DNA from: a virus
Virus record (IMG/VR): IMGVR_UViG_3300048442_000818
Span: 9,831-73,830 of that record
Length of the DNA: 64,000 bases
Strand: one strand, 5' to 3'
How positions within the stretch are numbered: position 1 is the first letter of the stretch; each line of letters begins with the position of its first letter. The notes under the pieces were generated by a model, which made no database searches, had not been told where the DNA came from, and saw only the letters and a program-made list of their open reading frames with translations. The translations under genes and the position numbers were made by a program. Below, one piece after another: positions 38,619-50,155 of the stretch.

Positions 38619-40847
38619 TCAAGGTTGTATTGGTGGATTTTGCCTTGCCAATACATCTTGACCCCATGGGGACTCAGACGGATTGCCTTGGTCCTGTTCC
38701 CTTAATATATCACTAAGTTGGTTGAAACCGATAGCAGCTTCGATATCGGGATCACGTTCACCTTCTTTTCTTGCTTCAGTGAGCGCCTTAGTGACCTCAA
38801 GGTTCTGATTACCCTGAGACTGAGCTTGTTGCTTATCCATCTCACGGGCGTGTTTTGTACCTGTCTCTTGTTCAACAAAATCAAGATCAGCTTGGTCTTT
38901 CTTAGCTGCTGCTTCTGCTGCTTTGGCATTATTGAGATTAATCTCACTCTGAATCTCTTGATTCTCTAATCTCAATTTCTCAACTTCTAATTGAGCTTTC
39001 TCTTGCTCAACTGGATCAGGTGTTGGTTCCCAATTCTTCAATTGATGTGCCAAAGACGGCATACGTTTCAATGTAGCAATTTCAGACAGAATAGTCATGC
39101 TAATTTTAGGATCCATGTTTGGACCCATGGTTTGTAGCATAAAGCCTAGATCCTGCGCTTTAGCGTCATCAACCTCAGCAGTTGCAATATCTACTTCAAG
39201 ATCGAAATTGCCTTTAAGATCCTCACGATTAACCGTAACGAAATCATCATTGGTAACTCTAACAACTTCTTCTTCAGAAAGAAACTCTGAGTTCATAGCA
39301 ATGATTTTAGTGCCGATCTCAGACATCCCTTTGGCTAAACGACGGAGAATAGCCATTTCACGCTTAGAAGCTGCATCTAATACGCTACGGGTATTAGCTG
39401 CTACATCCCCGTAACTGTCACCAGAAATACCCCCACTGAACGATTTGACCCCTGTTAGAGCTTCTGCTTCTTGGTTCTGGAGATTAAGCATCAGCATGGC
39501 TGATTGGGGGATTTCAGGGTATTTATGTTCAATGATGCCCTGGTTAGTAGGCATATTGGGGTTGAATTCATAATCCTGACCGTTCTCATACCGACGACGG
39601 TTTAATGGATCCAACATGCCCTTAGCAAAGCCTTGCTGACTGTTTGCTGAACGACCCAGTAGATCGATCATACCCCGTGTTACAGCGCCTAGAATCGCTT
39701 GGTTATCCCCAAGCATCTCAGCATCAGGTTCACCGTACAGATCACGTTTGATGGGCAAATAGGGAACCAGAACAAAGGGGAGTTTATTGTCTGGGAATGG
39801 GTTTAATTCCATCCGAATAAGTGTATCCCCGATCCAGGTAGCAACAAACGGAACTAACTCACCATCATCCTCAAGATCATAGAAACCCCAGTATTCGTAA
39901 GCGACTACTTTTTTACGCATCGCATCACTGAAGTTATATTCTTGGGGTGTGGTGGTTTCGTGGTCCGGTTGAGAAAGAGGAGTACTACCTTCCCAGTTAA
40001 CTCGATCTAAATTTTTATACCGTTTACCTTCTTTTTTTAACTCTGCTTGATTTGTTTCAAATGAAACAATAACAAATAGGGCTTTATCTAAATCACCATT
40101 ACAAGAGGGATCAATAACCACATTGGCTGGATTCATGATCTCAACAGTAGGACGATTTTCAATAACCTTTTCAGATTCAATCTCTTCTTCACCCACCTGA
40201 ACAGCAACAGTAATTAGTTCCTGTTCTTCATAAAGTTCAACAGCCGCTTTTAGTGCAGGGCTAACCTGTTCGTTGAACATTCGTGGATTTTCAAGTTTAG
40301 TTTCCAATGCTTGCTGGAAAATCTGAAGATCTTGCTCATCAGTAATTTCATAATGTTCCCATACAGGAACAGTAGAATTTACAGTTTTAGTGACACGTTT
40401 CCAACCTAGACGAGCAACACACGTACCTTCATCAACTGTTGAACGCACGTAATCATCAATTAATTTAACTCTGTTTAGTTTAGTACGGAATTGCCAATTA
40501 AGTACTAATTCATTCTGTCTTGCACTATCTGTATCTTCCCAAGTAACGGGGTCAACTTTGAACAATCTATCTGAACTAAGAAATGGCTCAGATAAAGCAG
40601 AGTATCGCCACTCAGCTTGGCGACGAACAAGCTTGGGTTGAACACTAGAACGTCCTTTTACTTTAGGGGGACGTGCTTTACCCCGGATCTTAAGTAGATC
40701 AGTCCATTCTTCGATACGCTGTAACTGAGCATCATGAGAAGGTTTGGCTTGTTCCAAATCTTGCTTAAGAGTCAGCAATGTAGGTTCGTTCTTCCAATTC
40801 GTCATTTTTTTAGCGAACGGAGTACGGGGTAATTGACTATTGTCCAT
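38619..40847 (-). CDS. Portal protein (N4 gp59-like)
   Basis: [35 protein letters not shown]. Confidence 0.92.
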   Translation of the reverse strand: MDNSQLPRTPFAKKMTNWKNEPTLLTLKQDLEQAKPSHDAQLQRIEEWTDLLKIRGKARPPKVKGRSSVQPKLVRRQAEWRYSALSEPFLSSDRLFKVDPVTWEDTDSARQNELVLNWQFRTKLNRVKLIDDYVRSTVDEGTCVARLGWKRVTKTVNSTVPVWEHYEITDEQDLQIFQQALETKLENPRMFNEQVSPALKAAVELYEEQELITVAVQVGEEEIESEKVIENRPTVEIMNPANVVIDPSCNGDLDKALFVIVSFETNQAELKKEGKRYKNLDRVNWEGSTPLSQPDHETTTPQEYNFSDAMRKKVVAYEYWGFYDLEDDGELVPFVATWIGDTLIRMELNPFPDNKLPFVLVPYLPIKRDLYGEPDAEMLGDNQAILGAVTRGMIDLLGRSANSQQGFAKGMLDPLNRRRYENGQDYEFNPNMPTNQGIIEHKYPEIPQSAMLMLNLQNQEAEALTGVKSFSGGISGDSYGDVAANTRSVLDAASKREMAILRRLAKGMSEIGTKIIAMNSEFLSEEEVVRVTNDDFVTVNREDLKGNFDLEVDIATAEVDDAKAQDLGFMLQTMGPNMDPKISMTILSEIATLKRMPSLAHQLKNWEPTPDPVEQEKAQLEVEKLRLENQEIQSEINLNNAKAAEAAAKKDQADLDFVEQETGTKHAREMDKQQAQSQGNQNLEVTKALTEARKEGERDPDIEAAIGFNQLSDILREQDQGNPSESPWGQDVLARQNPPIQP

Positions 40848-41391
40848 TGGTTCCGCCTACAGTTTCGTCGCTTAGGAGAGTTCGATCATTCATGATCTGT
40901 TCGCCTAATCGTCTGAGTTGGTTTTCACGGAGTCTAAGAGTGTCCCTGAGTTCTCGTACCAAATATCTACCCTCTTCAAGAGATTGGTCGAGTTCGGCTG
41001 CATGGCTTGCAAGACTTCTACACTCAGCGGCTCCACTTTCGGCCTGACGTTGATATACTCTGGCTCGCTCGGTACTGTTCTGCAACCTACGCTCATACTC
41101 AGAACGCTGATTAGCAATAGCCACTTCATATTCGCGTTGAGCTTCAGATAGTTCATGGGTAATCCTCGTATTTTCTTCCCGAAACTCTTCTTCTTTATCA
41201 GCAATGATATCTTTTAATCGCTTAATTTCTTTGCGCTCTGCTTTTTTGGCTTCATCCCATTTATCTTGAACTTCATTTGAACCATGGGAAACACCTGCAT
41301 CATAGAGTTTATACGCCCCATACCCAATAAGGGCAATCACCATTAGGTATGGTAAGGCTTTCAAAAGATATTTACCGATTAGCGGACCCAT
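40837..41391 (-). CDS. i-spanin (Rz-like)
   Basis: N-terminal TM helix plus long coiled coil, downstream of endolysin. Confidence 0.8.
   Translation of the reverse strand: MGPLIGKYLLKALPYLMVIALIGYGAYKLYDAGVSHGSNEVQDKWDEAKKAERKEIKRLKDIIADKEEEFREENTRITHELSEAQREYEVAIANQRSEYERRLQNSTERARVYQRQAESGAAECRSLASHAAELDQSLEEGRYLVRELRDTLRLRENQLRRLGEQIMNDRTLLSDETVGGTNGQ
40905..41129 (-). CDS. o-spanin (Rz1-like lipoprotein) embedded in i-spanin
   Basis: [16 protein letters not shown] lipobox, Pro-rich mature part, alternate frame fully inside Rz. Confidence 0.8.
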   Translation of the reverse strand: MKWLLLISVLSMSVGCRTVPSEPEYINVRPKVEPLSVEVLQAMQPNSTNLLKRVDIWYENSGTLLDSVKTNSDD

Positions 41392-41995
41392 AATCTTGGC
41401 AAGCCTTTAAAGGTACGTTACTAATTCTATGATCTACCCACCCCACAGTAAATTGGGGTAAGTGATCAAGTTCCATGTAATATACAGCTTGTTGTGCATC
41501 AATTAACTTAATAATCAATTCACAAGCTTTCACATCACCACGAATACGTTCAAGAGATTCATACGCATTAATTGTTGCTGGACCTACTCTACCATCAACA
41601 CTTATTTCTAGGTAGTCCAAACCATCTCTGTTTAACGAGTTCAATGCTTTTTGGAACCAACGGGATGGACGGGTAGGGCCGGTATTCACACCAGCATCAA
41701 TTAATTTATGAGCTACTGCTGGTTGAATCTGAACCAGGGGAAGAAATCCCGGCTTGTCTATGTAATCTTCGTAGTAGATCTCTTGAGCAAACTCTTTGGG
41801 GAGGTTCTGCATTGGTCCCACATAACCGTGGTTACGTGCTACCTCTTCTGTGATGCCGTGGTTAGTGGCTCCACCAGGATCATCGGGATTGTTAACGTAA
41901 CCCCCTTCCACATTAAAAATAGCGGCAATAATTAATGCACCGATACCGGCAACACTACCGCCTATTAGACCTTTTTTTGTGGTAGAGCGCTTCAT
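41372..41995 (-). CDS. SAR endolysin, glycoside hydrolase family 108
   Basis: EGGYVNNPDDPGGATNHGIT; basic N-terminus then Gly/Ala-rich hydrophobic SAR segment; C-terminal GW--R. Confidence 0.9.
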   Translation of the reverse strand: MKRSTTKKGLIGGSVAGIGALIIAAIFNVEGGYVNNPDDPGGATNHGITEEVARNHGYVGPMQNLPKEFAQEIYYEDYIDKPGFLPLVQIQPAVAHKLIDAGVNTGPTRPSRWFQKALNSLNRDGLDYLEISVDGRVGPATINAYESLERIRGDVKACELIIKLIDAQQAVYYMELDHLPQFTVGWVDHRISNVPLKACQDYGSANR

Positions 41996-42324
41996 AGACC
42001 TCGTTCCCTGATAGCAGCTAATTGAGCTTCGTGAAGCTCTTTACGGCGTCTCTCTTCAGCTAGTTGTAACTCACGTTTGAACTCAATTTGTTCTGTTTCT
42101 CTGCGATCCCTTCTACGTTGAAAATAATAGTTAATCAAGAAACCGAGGACAGTTACAAGAATACCAATCAGAACAGCAGCAGCATTGCTGGTAAACCAAC
42201 CGAAAATACTAGCCATGGTACCCCCTCCCATACCCCATTTAGATGCTATCGAAGATACCGTGGCATCTACTGCTGTATCTTGAAGAGACATACGATTCCC
42301 CAAAGGTTTGCTGTTAGTGTTCAT
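41992..42324 (-). CDS. Holin (start uncertain)
   Basis: Hydrophobic segments plus highly charged C-terminus, directly upstream of endolysin. Confidence 0.7.
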   Translation of the reverse strand: MNTNSKPLGNRMSLQDTAVDATVSSIASKWGMGGGTMASIFGWFTSNAAAVLIGILVTVLGFLINYYFQRRRDRRETEQIEFKRELQLAEERRRKELHEAQLAAIRERGL

Positions 42325-42396
42325 TGGAATCCTCATCCTGTGAGGGATTGTTACATTTTAGAGGGTTTCTGTGTACAAAAATATCCTCTAAAACAC

Positions 42397-45315
42397 CTAT
42401 TCAGATTCATCTGGGTTAGCGTAAACCACTAGATTCCCCGATGTTGCATAGAATGTTTGGGTATCGCTACTGTAATTTAATTGGGAGCGTCTTGGAACAT
42501 AAGTGTAATCACTCAATACCCAGGATTCTCCAGGCAGCTTCATTGCTAGATTTGTTGGGGAAGAGTAAGTAGATGCCCACATAACTTGGTCATTTGCACC
42601 AATATCACTGATACCCCAAGAATCTTCTGTTAAATCCCATAATAATTGTTCAAACTGCCAATCTTGACCTAATAAATTGCAACTAACAACTTTACGGTTA
42701 GTAGTTAAAATATAGATTCTACCATCAAATTGTACCGTCTTGTTAAAATTTAAACCTGCCAAATCACCTGTTAACTCAGGAAGTATTGTTACATTTTTAC
42801 TTGACGGATCGTAAATATAACGCCCACCACCTAATACTAAATAAGTGTTATCACTTAATTTATGTGAACAATTTAGTCTACCCTGGTTAACTAACTCACT
42901 TGGTCCGTAGAACAATTCCCACTTGTCTACTTGAGAACTATCTGGTGATACTGTTCCAAATAAATTAATACCATTCATTGTTCTACAGAACAGTAATCTA
43001 TCTCCTGTTGTATCATATGGGATAATAACAGGGAATTGTGTTGTAGAACCTCTTAGAAAATCATCATAGGGAAAACTCACATCACCATTGGGATTTTGAG
43101 CATATAAACCAATGCCGGCAGTTATATATAAACTATCCCCAACACTGATTATATCTCCATTATTTGTTAATGAGTCTGTGAATTCACCAAATACATTTAT
43201 ATTGGTGTACTCATCCCAAACATCTAAAGCAGTGTTACTAATAAAATGAGTTGGTGATATAGCATCTTCTTTTAGTATTACTCTATTATCTGATAGTACT
43301 TTATAACGACCAGGTTCAAACTCACGTTCACCACCAAACGGAGTAGGTATTTTTGGTATAATTGAGTTATTGGTGACAAGTTCCCAAACAAGGAAATTAT
43401 TTTCCCAACTGCTTGAGGAAATTCCTGTTGATTTAAACAGATAAAGTTCCCCATCTGAATCTTTTGTTTGGGTCATATAGGCAGTATCACCTATAATAAA
43501 GGTAAAGGAGTTACCCATATATTCTGGGTATGGTGGACCACTTATAGGTGAAACTCCTTCACCACCATTCCAGTTAACAAAGTCTGAAGTACTGTAGACA
43601 TAACTAGTATCAGGGAAGTAGAAATAATCCCCATAACAAAAAATACCATATACGAATTTTGCAACTCTGTGCCAAGATAAACCATCACTGGTGTAGAAAA
43701 CAGATGCCCGTAATTGAGATGTATCCGTTGTAGTGACAAATGCGGTATAGGATCCATTACCAACAATATTACCTAATACTTCAAATTCAAAACCACTGGT
43801 GTTAAAACCATTATCAAATGAATTTGCTTTGGTCCAGGTATCACCATTATCATTGCTTACAAGAAATCTTTCTGCATAGTAAGCATTATCCTGACTACCA
43901 GTAAATTTATTATGTACAGCATATATTTTGTTACCAAATACATGAAAATTAAAGTTACTGCTAATAGTTGAATCTATATCTGATACATATACTTCAGTAT
44001 AAGAATTATTTTTTAGTTTTAAAAATACAATTCTAATATCGTCTTCAGATATAAACTTACTAGCAGTGATTAATAAACCACCGTCATTAGTTCCTGTACC
44101 ACTACCTAGAGAATATGGATGCTCTGTGCAGGCCCCATTAACCGGTTCATAGATTGAACCGTTTAATTTGTATGTATTTTCTCCAGAGACAAAAAGCTCA
44201 TTATTTGCTTTTTGAAAGTTAGTCAGTCTAGCTGTATCAACAGTAAAAGCCTCTGATCTGATACTAATTGTTATTGGGTTCTCTTCACCAAAATTCAAAG
44301 TATCTTTAAAAGGTGCTCTATTTTTTGTTGAATCTTTATTTACTAGGTAATGTACTTTACCTGCATAAGAAATAGTATCTAAAATTTCTTCATTACCTAA
44401 ATCTACATCCAACACTTTAATCCATTCTGGAATGTCTGGATGAGATTCATATGTTGCTGTGTCAGGGTAGCTATAACTGAACTCATCAGGTAGCTGAGTT
44501 AATTTAGCAGTAAAATCAATGTTACGGGGTTGTCCATAATCAATAGCAGTAATATTGGTAGTGCCCATATTAGGTAAATATTCAGTGATACTACTTAAAA
44601 TAGCTACACTTGTTAATAAATTACCATCTACATAAAATAAAACTGAATTTGTTGATGGTTTAAATTGTAATGCAAAAACAGTTGTTAGGGGTACTTCAAT
44701 TCGGCCAATACCACCTGAACCATCTGCATACATCAACTGGATAATGCTTGTGTCCTCTGAAGACACAGTTAAGTAAGCAACACCAGCACCAATCTCTGTC
44801 AGGGTCCAAGTGAAATTAGCACCCGATAGTGTATTAAATTGGAATTCTATGACTGAATTTGGGGGTGTTTCTGCGACAAGATCTGGGTACTCAACCATAC
44901 CGCCCACACCCACCCCAAAAGTGCTTGCTGGAGCAGATGCTGAACCAGTAACAGTGAACCCCCAGTCTGTTTGTTCTACTGAACTGTTTTCCCCAATAGC
45001 CTGCCAAATGATTGGATATTCCAGAGAAGGTTTTATATAGGCAGGGATACTTACAACACCCTCACCATCAGAAATATTTGCATTTTCTGGTGATGTTAAT
45101 AGCACGCTAAATTGCGTATCTACTGTGGCAGGTGATTGATCCACTATTGGAATGAAAATATCCTTTTCAGTTTCTCCTGGGCGAAACGTAAGTACCCCGG
45201 ACTTCACTTCATAGAAATCCGGGGCAATGGCTGTACCGTCTTGAGTGGTATATTCCACTGTAACTGTTTCAGGAGTCATCTCACTCAAAACAACAGTGAA
45301 CCGTGCTTGTTTCAT
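42397..45315 (-). CDS. Tail spike/adhesin with N-terminal Calx-beta domain and probable beta-propeller region
   Basis: FTVVLS...VTVEYTT-DGTA-A-D....G-LTF-PGETEK Calx-beta; S-DNGDTW and TSDGLSW Asp-box motifs; AT-rich. Confidence 0.7.
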   Translation of the reverse strand: MKQARFTVVLSEMTPETVTVEYTTQDGTAIAPDFYEVKSGVLTFRPGETEKDIFIPIVDQSPATVDTQFSVLLTSPENANISDGEGVVSIPAYIKPSLEYPIIWQAIGENSSVEQTDWGFTVTGSASAPASTFGVGVGGMVEYPDLVAETPPNSVIEFQFNTLSGANFTWTLTEIGAGVAYLTVSSEDTSIIQLMYADGSGGIGRIEVPLTTVFALQFKPSTNSVLFYVDGNLLTSVAILSSITEYLPNMGTTNITAIDYGQPRNIDFTAKLTQLPDEFSYSYPDTATYESHPDIPEWIKVLDVDLGNEEILDTISYAGKVHYLVNKDSTKNRAPFKDTLNFGEENPITISIRSEAFTVDTARLTNFQKANNELFVSGENTYKLNGSIYEPVNGACTEHPYSLGSGTGTNDGGLLITASKFISEDDIRIVFLKLKNNSYTEVYVSDIDSTISSNFNFHVFGNKIYAVHNKFTGSQDNAYYAERFLVSNDNGDTWTKANSFDNGFNTSGFEFEVLGNIVGNGSYTAFVTTTDTSQLRASVFYTSDGLSWHRVAKFVYGIFCYGDYFYFPDTSYVYSTSDFVNWNGGEGVSPISGPPYPEYMGNSFTFIIGDTAYMTQTKDSDGELYLFKSTGISSSSWENNFLVWELVTNNSIIPKIPTPFGGEREFEPGRYKVLSDNRVILKEDAISPTHFISNTALDVWDEYTNINVFGEFTDSLTNNGDIISVGDSLYITAGIGLYAQNPNGDVSFPYDDFLRGSTTQFPVIIPYDTTGDRLLFCRTMNGINLFGTVSPDSSQVDKWELFYGPSELVNQGRLNCSHKLSDNTYLVLGGGRYIYDPSSKNVTILPELTGDLAGLNFNKTVQFDGRIYILTTNRKVVSCNLLGQDWQFEQLLWDLTEDSWGISDIGANDQVMWASTYSSPTNLAMKLPGESWVLSDYTYVPRRSQLNYSSDTQTFYATSGNLVVYANPDESE

Positions 45316-45326
45316 TTTTATACCCT

Positions 45327-46172
45327 TCAGATTGTAATACCTGAACCAGTGAGGGGAATACTGAGTACTTGTCTTGGTAAATCTTCCCTTGATAGATACA
45401 CAATAATGTATCCGTTATATTCTCTTACTTCGGTTGGTTGGAAACCAATTTCTATAGTATTTGTGTCATTTGGTTCCATAGTAGTATCTACTAGGCTGCC
45501 CCCCGACACTAAAGTGAATACACCAGTAACGGTCACAGAATCGATAACAAAACTGACATTACCAGAATTTTCCAGAGTTACTGCTAGAACTTCACTATCT
45601 ACAAGATTGACTTCTATATCACCAAAATCCAACGATTCAGGTGTTATGGAGGCAGCCATAACTTGAGGTTCAGGATCAGGATCTGGATCAGATTCGTCAA
45701 TGACACCATCCAAGATGCTTAAGGTTTCTGCTTGGGGTTCAGGTGAGTTAGTAGCACCATACCCAATGAACTCAATGAATTCTTTGCCTCTGGCATCACC
45801 AGTATCAATGTAAACACCGCCAGTGTTTAAACCTACATTTTTAGGTTTAAAAGTGACATTGAGTTCAAATGTTTCATCAGGTTCCAGAGTTGCCGGTGCG
45901 TTATGACTAACAATAAATGCACCCACAGGGGTGATATCGACAATATTTAATGGTCGGTAGCCTGTATTGCGTACTGTCCCTGTTTGGGACGTAGATAACT
46001 CATCGACCATTAAGGTACCGAAGGTCATCTTAGAGGGAGTTACATCAGCATCATAGGGATACTCATCACGATGCATATCATGAATTACACGACTGGAGGC
46101 ATCCCGATTAGGGCTATAGGCATCAATCGGGATATAACCCTCTGGCTTATCGCCGTAAGGACCATGTGTCAT
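45327..46172 (-). CDS. Tail protein with two Ig-like (ASH/choice-of-anchor D-like) domains
   Basis: Two units of P----FG...N-G...I..I...F...EP...F-P...G. Confidence 0.65.
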   Translation of the reverse strand: MTHGPYGDKPEGYIPIDAYSPNRDASSRVIHDMHRDEYPYDADVTPSKMTFGTLMVDELSTSQTGTVRNTGYRPLNIVDITPVGAFIVSHNAPATLEPDETFELNVTFKPKNVGLNTGGVYIDTGDARGKEFIEFIGYGATNSPEPQAETLSILDGVIDESDPDPDPEPQVMAASITPESLDFGDIEVNLVDSEVLAVTLENSGNVSFVIDSVTVTGVFTLVSGGSLVDTTMEPNDTNTIEIGFQPTEVREYNGYIIVYLSREDLPRQVLSIPLTGSGITI

Positions 46173-47107
46173 TATGGATTCTCCAATGTCTCAATACGGG
46201 TTGCCAGGGCTTCAATGGTGGCCTGTAAATCACCAGCAGTAACCCCACCATCACCAGCAGCAATCGTTACAGTAGTACCGTCTTGGGTTCCTGTATGTTT
46301 AGTCCGATTCAGTAGATATGCGTCTGTTTGGTTAGCTGTGGCGTTCTCTTGTATAGCTGCCAGTTTATCTTTCTCAGCTTGAGAGTAGACAACTAAGTTA
46401 CCTAACTCAGCATAAATTGCCATAAGCTGTGTCATGTTATCTTCAATGGCAAGAAGCTCAGTCAGGCTACCGTGTACAGCTAAAAGCTCAGTGATATTAG
46501 AACCAATAGGAACAAGATCAGTGAGGTTATCACTGATTGTCTGAAGCATTGCCAAGTTAGATTGGATATCTAACAAAGCTGTCATATTGGTTTCAATGTT
46601 CAATAGCTCAGTTAAGTTAGTGTGTAGATCAACCAACTTAGTTAGGTCATTAAATAGAGCAGTTAGTTTGGGAATTTCAGGAACTAAAGCCTCAATTTCA
46701 TCTAGTACACCATAGATTGCCAATAATTGGCTCATATTAGTGAATAGACTGTTTATTTGTTGTAGGTTAGCTTCAACCTCTGAAATAGGACCAAGATTGT
46801 TAGCAACTTGCACAACTTTAGTGATATCACCCGATACTGCTTCAATATCATTAATATTTTCATGAACAATTAGCAGTTGTTCTTCAATTGCAGCAATCTG
46901 TTGGATGACTTCGAGATTACCAACAATAGTGGCAATATCTTCTAACTGTTGGCTGACGTTATAGACTTCTTCCAAGTGATGAGAAACATGCTTTACAAAA
47001 GCAATGTTCAATGCCAGAAATTTCACGGTGTCATACGCATTGCCGATCATCTTATCAACAAGCGGATCCGTGCCACCATAAGGGTCATTTACTGTTCTTA
47101 AGCCCAT
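46172..47107 (-). CDS. Tail fibre/appendage protein with helical repeats
   Basis: LVDKMIGNAYD-VK N-terminus; long Leu/Ile-periodic helical repeat; R--HTGTQ motif. Confidence 0.65.
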   Translation of the reverse strand: MGLRTVNDPYGGTDPLVDKMIGNAYDTVKFLALNIAFVKHVSHHLEEVYNVSQQLEDIATIVGNLEVIQQIAAIEEQLLIVHENINDIEAVSGDITKVVQVANNLGPISEVEANLQQINSLFTNMSQLLAIYGVLDEIEALVPEIPKLTALFNDLTKLVDLHTNLTELLNIETNMTALLDIQSNLAMLQTISDNLTDLVPIGSNITELLAVHGSLTELLAIEDNMTQLMAIYAELGNLVVYSQAEKDKLAAIQENATANQTDAYLLNRTKHTGTQDGTTVTIAAGDGGVTAGDLQATIEALATRIETLENP

Positions 47108-47109
47108 GA

Positions 47110-47814
47110 TTAAACCCATCCTCTTCTTTGGAATCGAGTATTGGTAGTTGAGATACTAGTGCTGACCAGATCATGTTCTTCTGCATCAGCGCAGATATTC
47201 TCGTAGTAGATATAGAACTCTTGGGATTTGGCGGTGGTTTCCTGGGTATTCATGTTGCCAAAAATTTTTGAGGCAATGAACGCAGTAAGGGCACCATGGA
47301 GTACATCAGGTAAGTCCACCTCATCTTCCAGATTTTCATGGGAAAGGGGTGGGTGCTTTGCTTGATATAGTACACTTAAAGCAACTCCAGGTTTTACGTG
47401 GGGAACCTGAAGTACTTTAGCTTGTGGGGTAAATAGTGAATCACAGCGTTCACTATCATTCAATGGAAGCTTACAATTTAAGCTGTCATAGACTTCTAAA
47501 ATTCTAATTACATCTTCTAGGAAAGGTTCTCTACCCAAATCTTTAATATATGGGTAAGAAGTTTCTTCTGGATTCCAATTAGTTTCAGCGAACCGTTTTG
47601 TAAGATGGTAGTTAGTAATACCCTCTACCATCTCAACAATCACATCTTTTTCACTTAGAACAAATCGAGAGTATAAACGTAGCAAACCCTCGTTAGCATG
47701 AATAATCACCTTTTCTTGGTGTTCTTCTGCAATTGTCCCAGTGCCGTCTACTGATAGGGATAAGTTACTCAATTCCCCGTAGGATAGCTTTTTAAATAAC
47801 TCTGCTACGTTCAT
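47110..47814 (-). CDS. Head-tail adaptor/virion protein (N4 gp67-like)
   Basis: LSYGELSN, N-GL-RLY-RF-L, RF--RGWV; next to terminase. Confidence 0.75.
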   Translation of the reverse strand: MNVAELFKKLSYGELSNLSLSVDGTGTIAEEHQEKVIIHANEGLLRLYSRFVLSEKDVIVEMVEGITNYHLTKRFAETNWNPEETSYPYIKDLGREPFLEDVIRILEVYDSLNCKLPLNDSERCDSLFTPQAKVLQVPHVKPGVALSVLYQAKHPPLSHENLEDEVDLPDVLHGALTAFIASKIFGNMNTQETTAKSQEFYIYYENICADAEEHDLVSTSISTTNTRFQRRGWV

Positions 47815-47827
47815 ACGTTATGTGTCC

Positions 47828-49417
47828 TCACACGATATAGGAAGATAGGCCATTTACTTCCCGTGGCTGCTGATCATCATCCCAAATTTCTGTTTCCATT
47901 GGTGAAGCAGGCACTGCGTCTGAGGGCTTCCAGGCTTTAATAAATCCAAGCATTGAAATGGCATCAATACAGTCATCTTTACCTTTGATACCACTGATCG
48001 TTGCTAACCGGATCTGTTGCATGGTTTGGCCCATAATGGTGGAAGATTTCATCTCTTCCGGGAAATACATTTTCCCAGCCTTAAACCAAGGCACCACCAA
48101 ATTGAATCGGGACAGTTTATCTTGGATGGGTCGGATACCCGGTTGACCGCTCTTCTCTGAAGAAGCAAAGTTAAACCAAATATTTCGAGTTACCATCTCG
48201 CTCTGGAGCCAATTAATAAAAGCTCCTTGCTGACCTGTTACCTCAATACCAACTTGCTGTGGCTTGTACAACTGTACTAAACGAAACAGGTCATTGATAG
48301 TGTGATCCATGGTCTGGCGCTCACAAATACCATCTACCCAGAACCAGTCACCATTAGCATTGTACGCCCAAACAAATATAACAGAGAAGTCTGCTGTTTG
48401 TTTTTTTGAGGTCGCAAAGTCAGTGGTAATGTAGAAATTGAAAATTCCCTGGTTAGACAACAACTTACTGCGACTATACCAACGAATTTCTTCGTCCTGT
48501 ACTAGCCTTTCATCCGAAGAGCTAATACGTAACATCAGTTCCTGGTAAAACCCTGACAGTTTACCAGTCTTTTCTGCCAGATCGTACTGACTCTTAATGT
48601 AGTCGTAGGTAAAGCGATCTGGCCATGCACTGGAGAATTCTGATTCCTCACAAGGGAATTTCTCACAGACAGGCCATACGTTCACGTCCCAAGCACCCGA
48701 TTCTACTGCTTCAATCAAGATATCTTCCTGATTAAAGGGAGTACCATTAAACACCACTTTACGACGGTCAGGATCTAGCGCGTGGTTCACACCCTTATAA
48801 ACAGTGTCCTTAATAGCCATCATAGATGCTTTAGAATTCGCATCATCATCACTGACCAAATCATCCAACACCGCCAGCATCGGACGTTTACCAAAGATTT
48901 TGGTACCACGGAGACTTGTTTTGGCCCCGAACATACGGATACCCAACAACTCACCATTACGGTTACCAAACTCAATATAGCTATCTGTAAAGTGACTATG
49001 AGGAATCCACTGTTGGGCAAACTCTGAGTTGTTATATCTAAACTCAATATTCTTACGTGCTGACTTAACACCATTTTCCATAGAATCCGAAATGTAGATC
49101 ATTCCATCCACAGGACCAAATCCAGGAATATAGTGGAACATACCTAAGAATAGACTTAGGTATTCCATAAATAGAGTAGTCTTACTTGCACCCCGAAAAC
49201 ATAGATTAGCTACATAAGGGCTGGGTTCCACCAACTTATCTAGCATTTTTAGGTGTACAGGGGGGGTTCTGTGAGATTCCCCCTCTTTACCATTTACTAG
49301 CTTAATGAAGTTCATAAATGTCAGTGAGAATTCCGTAGGTACATATTCTCTGGAATTCAGACTATCGTAATTAACTTCATCTAACCATTCATCGAGACTT
49401 TGCTTACGGAGTGCCAT
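47828..49417 (-). CDS. terL: Terminase large subunit
   Basis: FRGASKTT, VLDD, GTP, nuclease TTDFA and DD-ID. Confidence 0.93.
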   Translation of the reverse strand: MALRKQSLDEWLDEVNYDSLNSREYVPTEFSLTFMNFIKLVNGKEGESHRTPPVHLKMLDKLVEPSPYVANLCFRGASKTTLFMEYLSLFLGMFHYIPGFGPVDGMIYISDSMENGVKSARKNIEFRYNNSEFAQQWIPHSHFTDSYIEFGNRNGELLGIRMFGAKTSLRGTKIFGKRPMLAVLDDLVSDDDANSKASMMAIKDTVYKGVNHALDPDRRKVVFNGTPFNQEDILIEAVESGAWDVNVWPVCEKFPCEESEFSSAWPDRFTYDYIKSQYDLAEKTGKLSGFYQELMLRISSSDERLVQDEEIRWYSRSKLLSNQGIFNFYITTDFATSKKQTADFSVIFVWAYNANGDWFWVDGICERQTMDHTINDLFRLVQLYKPQQVGIEVTGQQGAFINWLQSEMVTRNIWFNFASSEKSGQPGIRPIQDKLSRFNLVVPWFKAGKMYFPEEMKSSTIMGQTMQQIRLATISGIKGKDDCIDAISMLGFIKAWKPSDAVPASPMETEIWDDDQQPREVNGLSSYIV

Positions 49418-50090
49418 CTTCGGTCTCTCCTTCAATTAATCTCTGGTCAGCGATTTCTTTTGTGCTAACACCCCCAGAGATTAGATTTCTTTGTTTTGTG
49501 GCCAGTTCTACCAACATATCCTTGAGTTCATTCATACCAGATTGTTCTCCCATATCAATGTTAACCAGAGGCCCTGCCTCTTTAGGCTTAGCTAGGTGGG
49601 TTAATACACTGTTTGCAGCTTGTGTACGGACCATCTCACTTTGAGCATTGGTCATCAAATCAACTTGAGTATTGATCGCTTTCTGATATGCATCCTGGTT
49701 CAGTACCCAACTGGGTACCAATGTCTGTTCCAGGATCAGGTTTACCAACTTACCTCTATTGTAGGCAGACACGTAAGCAGCAATGTCTTTTGAGCTTGTC
49801 CCTTTTGCGACTAACTGAGCGTGCCTTTGAGGAAACGTCCTGAAGTAAGCATCTTGATTACTCATCCCCATAAGCTTGAAGCTGACATAGGTCACAGCAT
49901 GGAGGTAGTCTTCTGTTTTGAATTTCCCCTCCTGCAAAACTTTGGTGTAGGAGATAAAGTTCTCCCTCACCTGCTCTGCAACAATTGGATCCTGAACAAT
50001 CGTATTGATCTTGTTCACCAAAGAAGGGGTGGCAGCATTTTTCAAGTTTGCGGGGAGTGCCCGTGCTACTTGATCCACTGTCAAAGTCAT
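49404..50090 (-). CDS. Terminase small subunit (N4 gp69-like)
   Basis: Directly upstream of terL; Y--AV-YVS-KLMG, SE-VR--AA-S-L-HL. Confidence 0.75.
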   Translation of the reverse strand: MTLTVDQVARALPANLKNAATPSLVNKINTIVQDPIVAEQVRENFISYTKVLQEGKFKTEDYLHAVTYVSFKLMGMSNQDAYFRTFPQRHAQLVAKGTSSKDIAAYVSAYNRGKLVNLILEQTLVPSWVLNQDAYQKAINTQVDLMTNAQSEMVRTQAANSVLTHLAKPKEAGPLVNIDMGEQSGMNELKDMLVELATKQRNLISGGVSTKEIADQRLIEGETEDGTP

Positions 50091-50125
50091 TTCTAGTTAC
50101 CTCTGTTCAAATATATGCTGTGGGG

Positions 50126-50155
50126 CGCTCAGACCACCCAAGGGTGGTCTTCGCG
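50126..50155 (-). promoter_or_regulatory. Hairpin with tandem GA mismatch and CTTG loop
   Basis: Minus strand CGC-GA-AGACCACC-CTTG-GGTGGTCT-GA-GCG. Confidence 0.6.
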
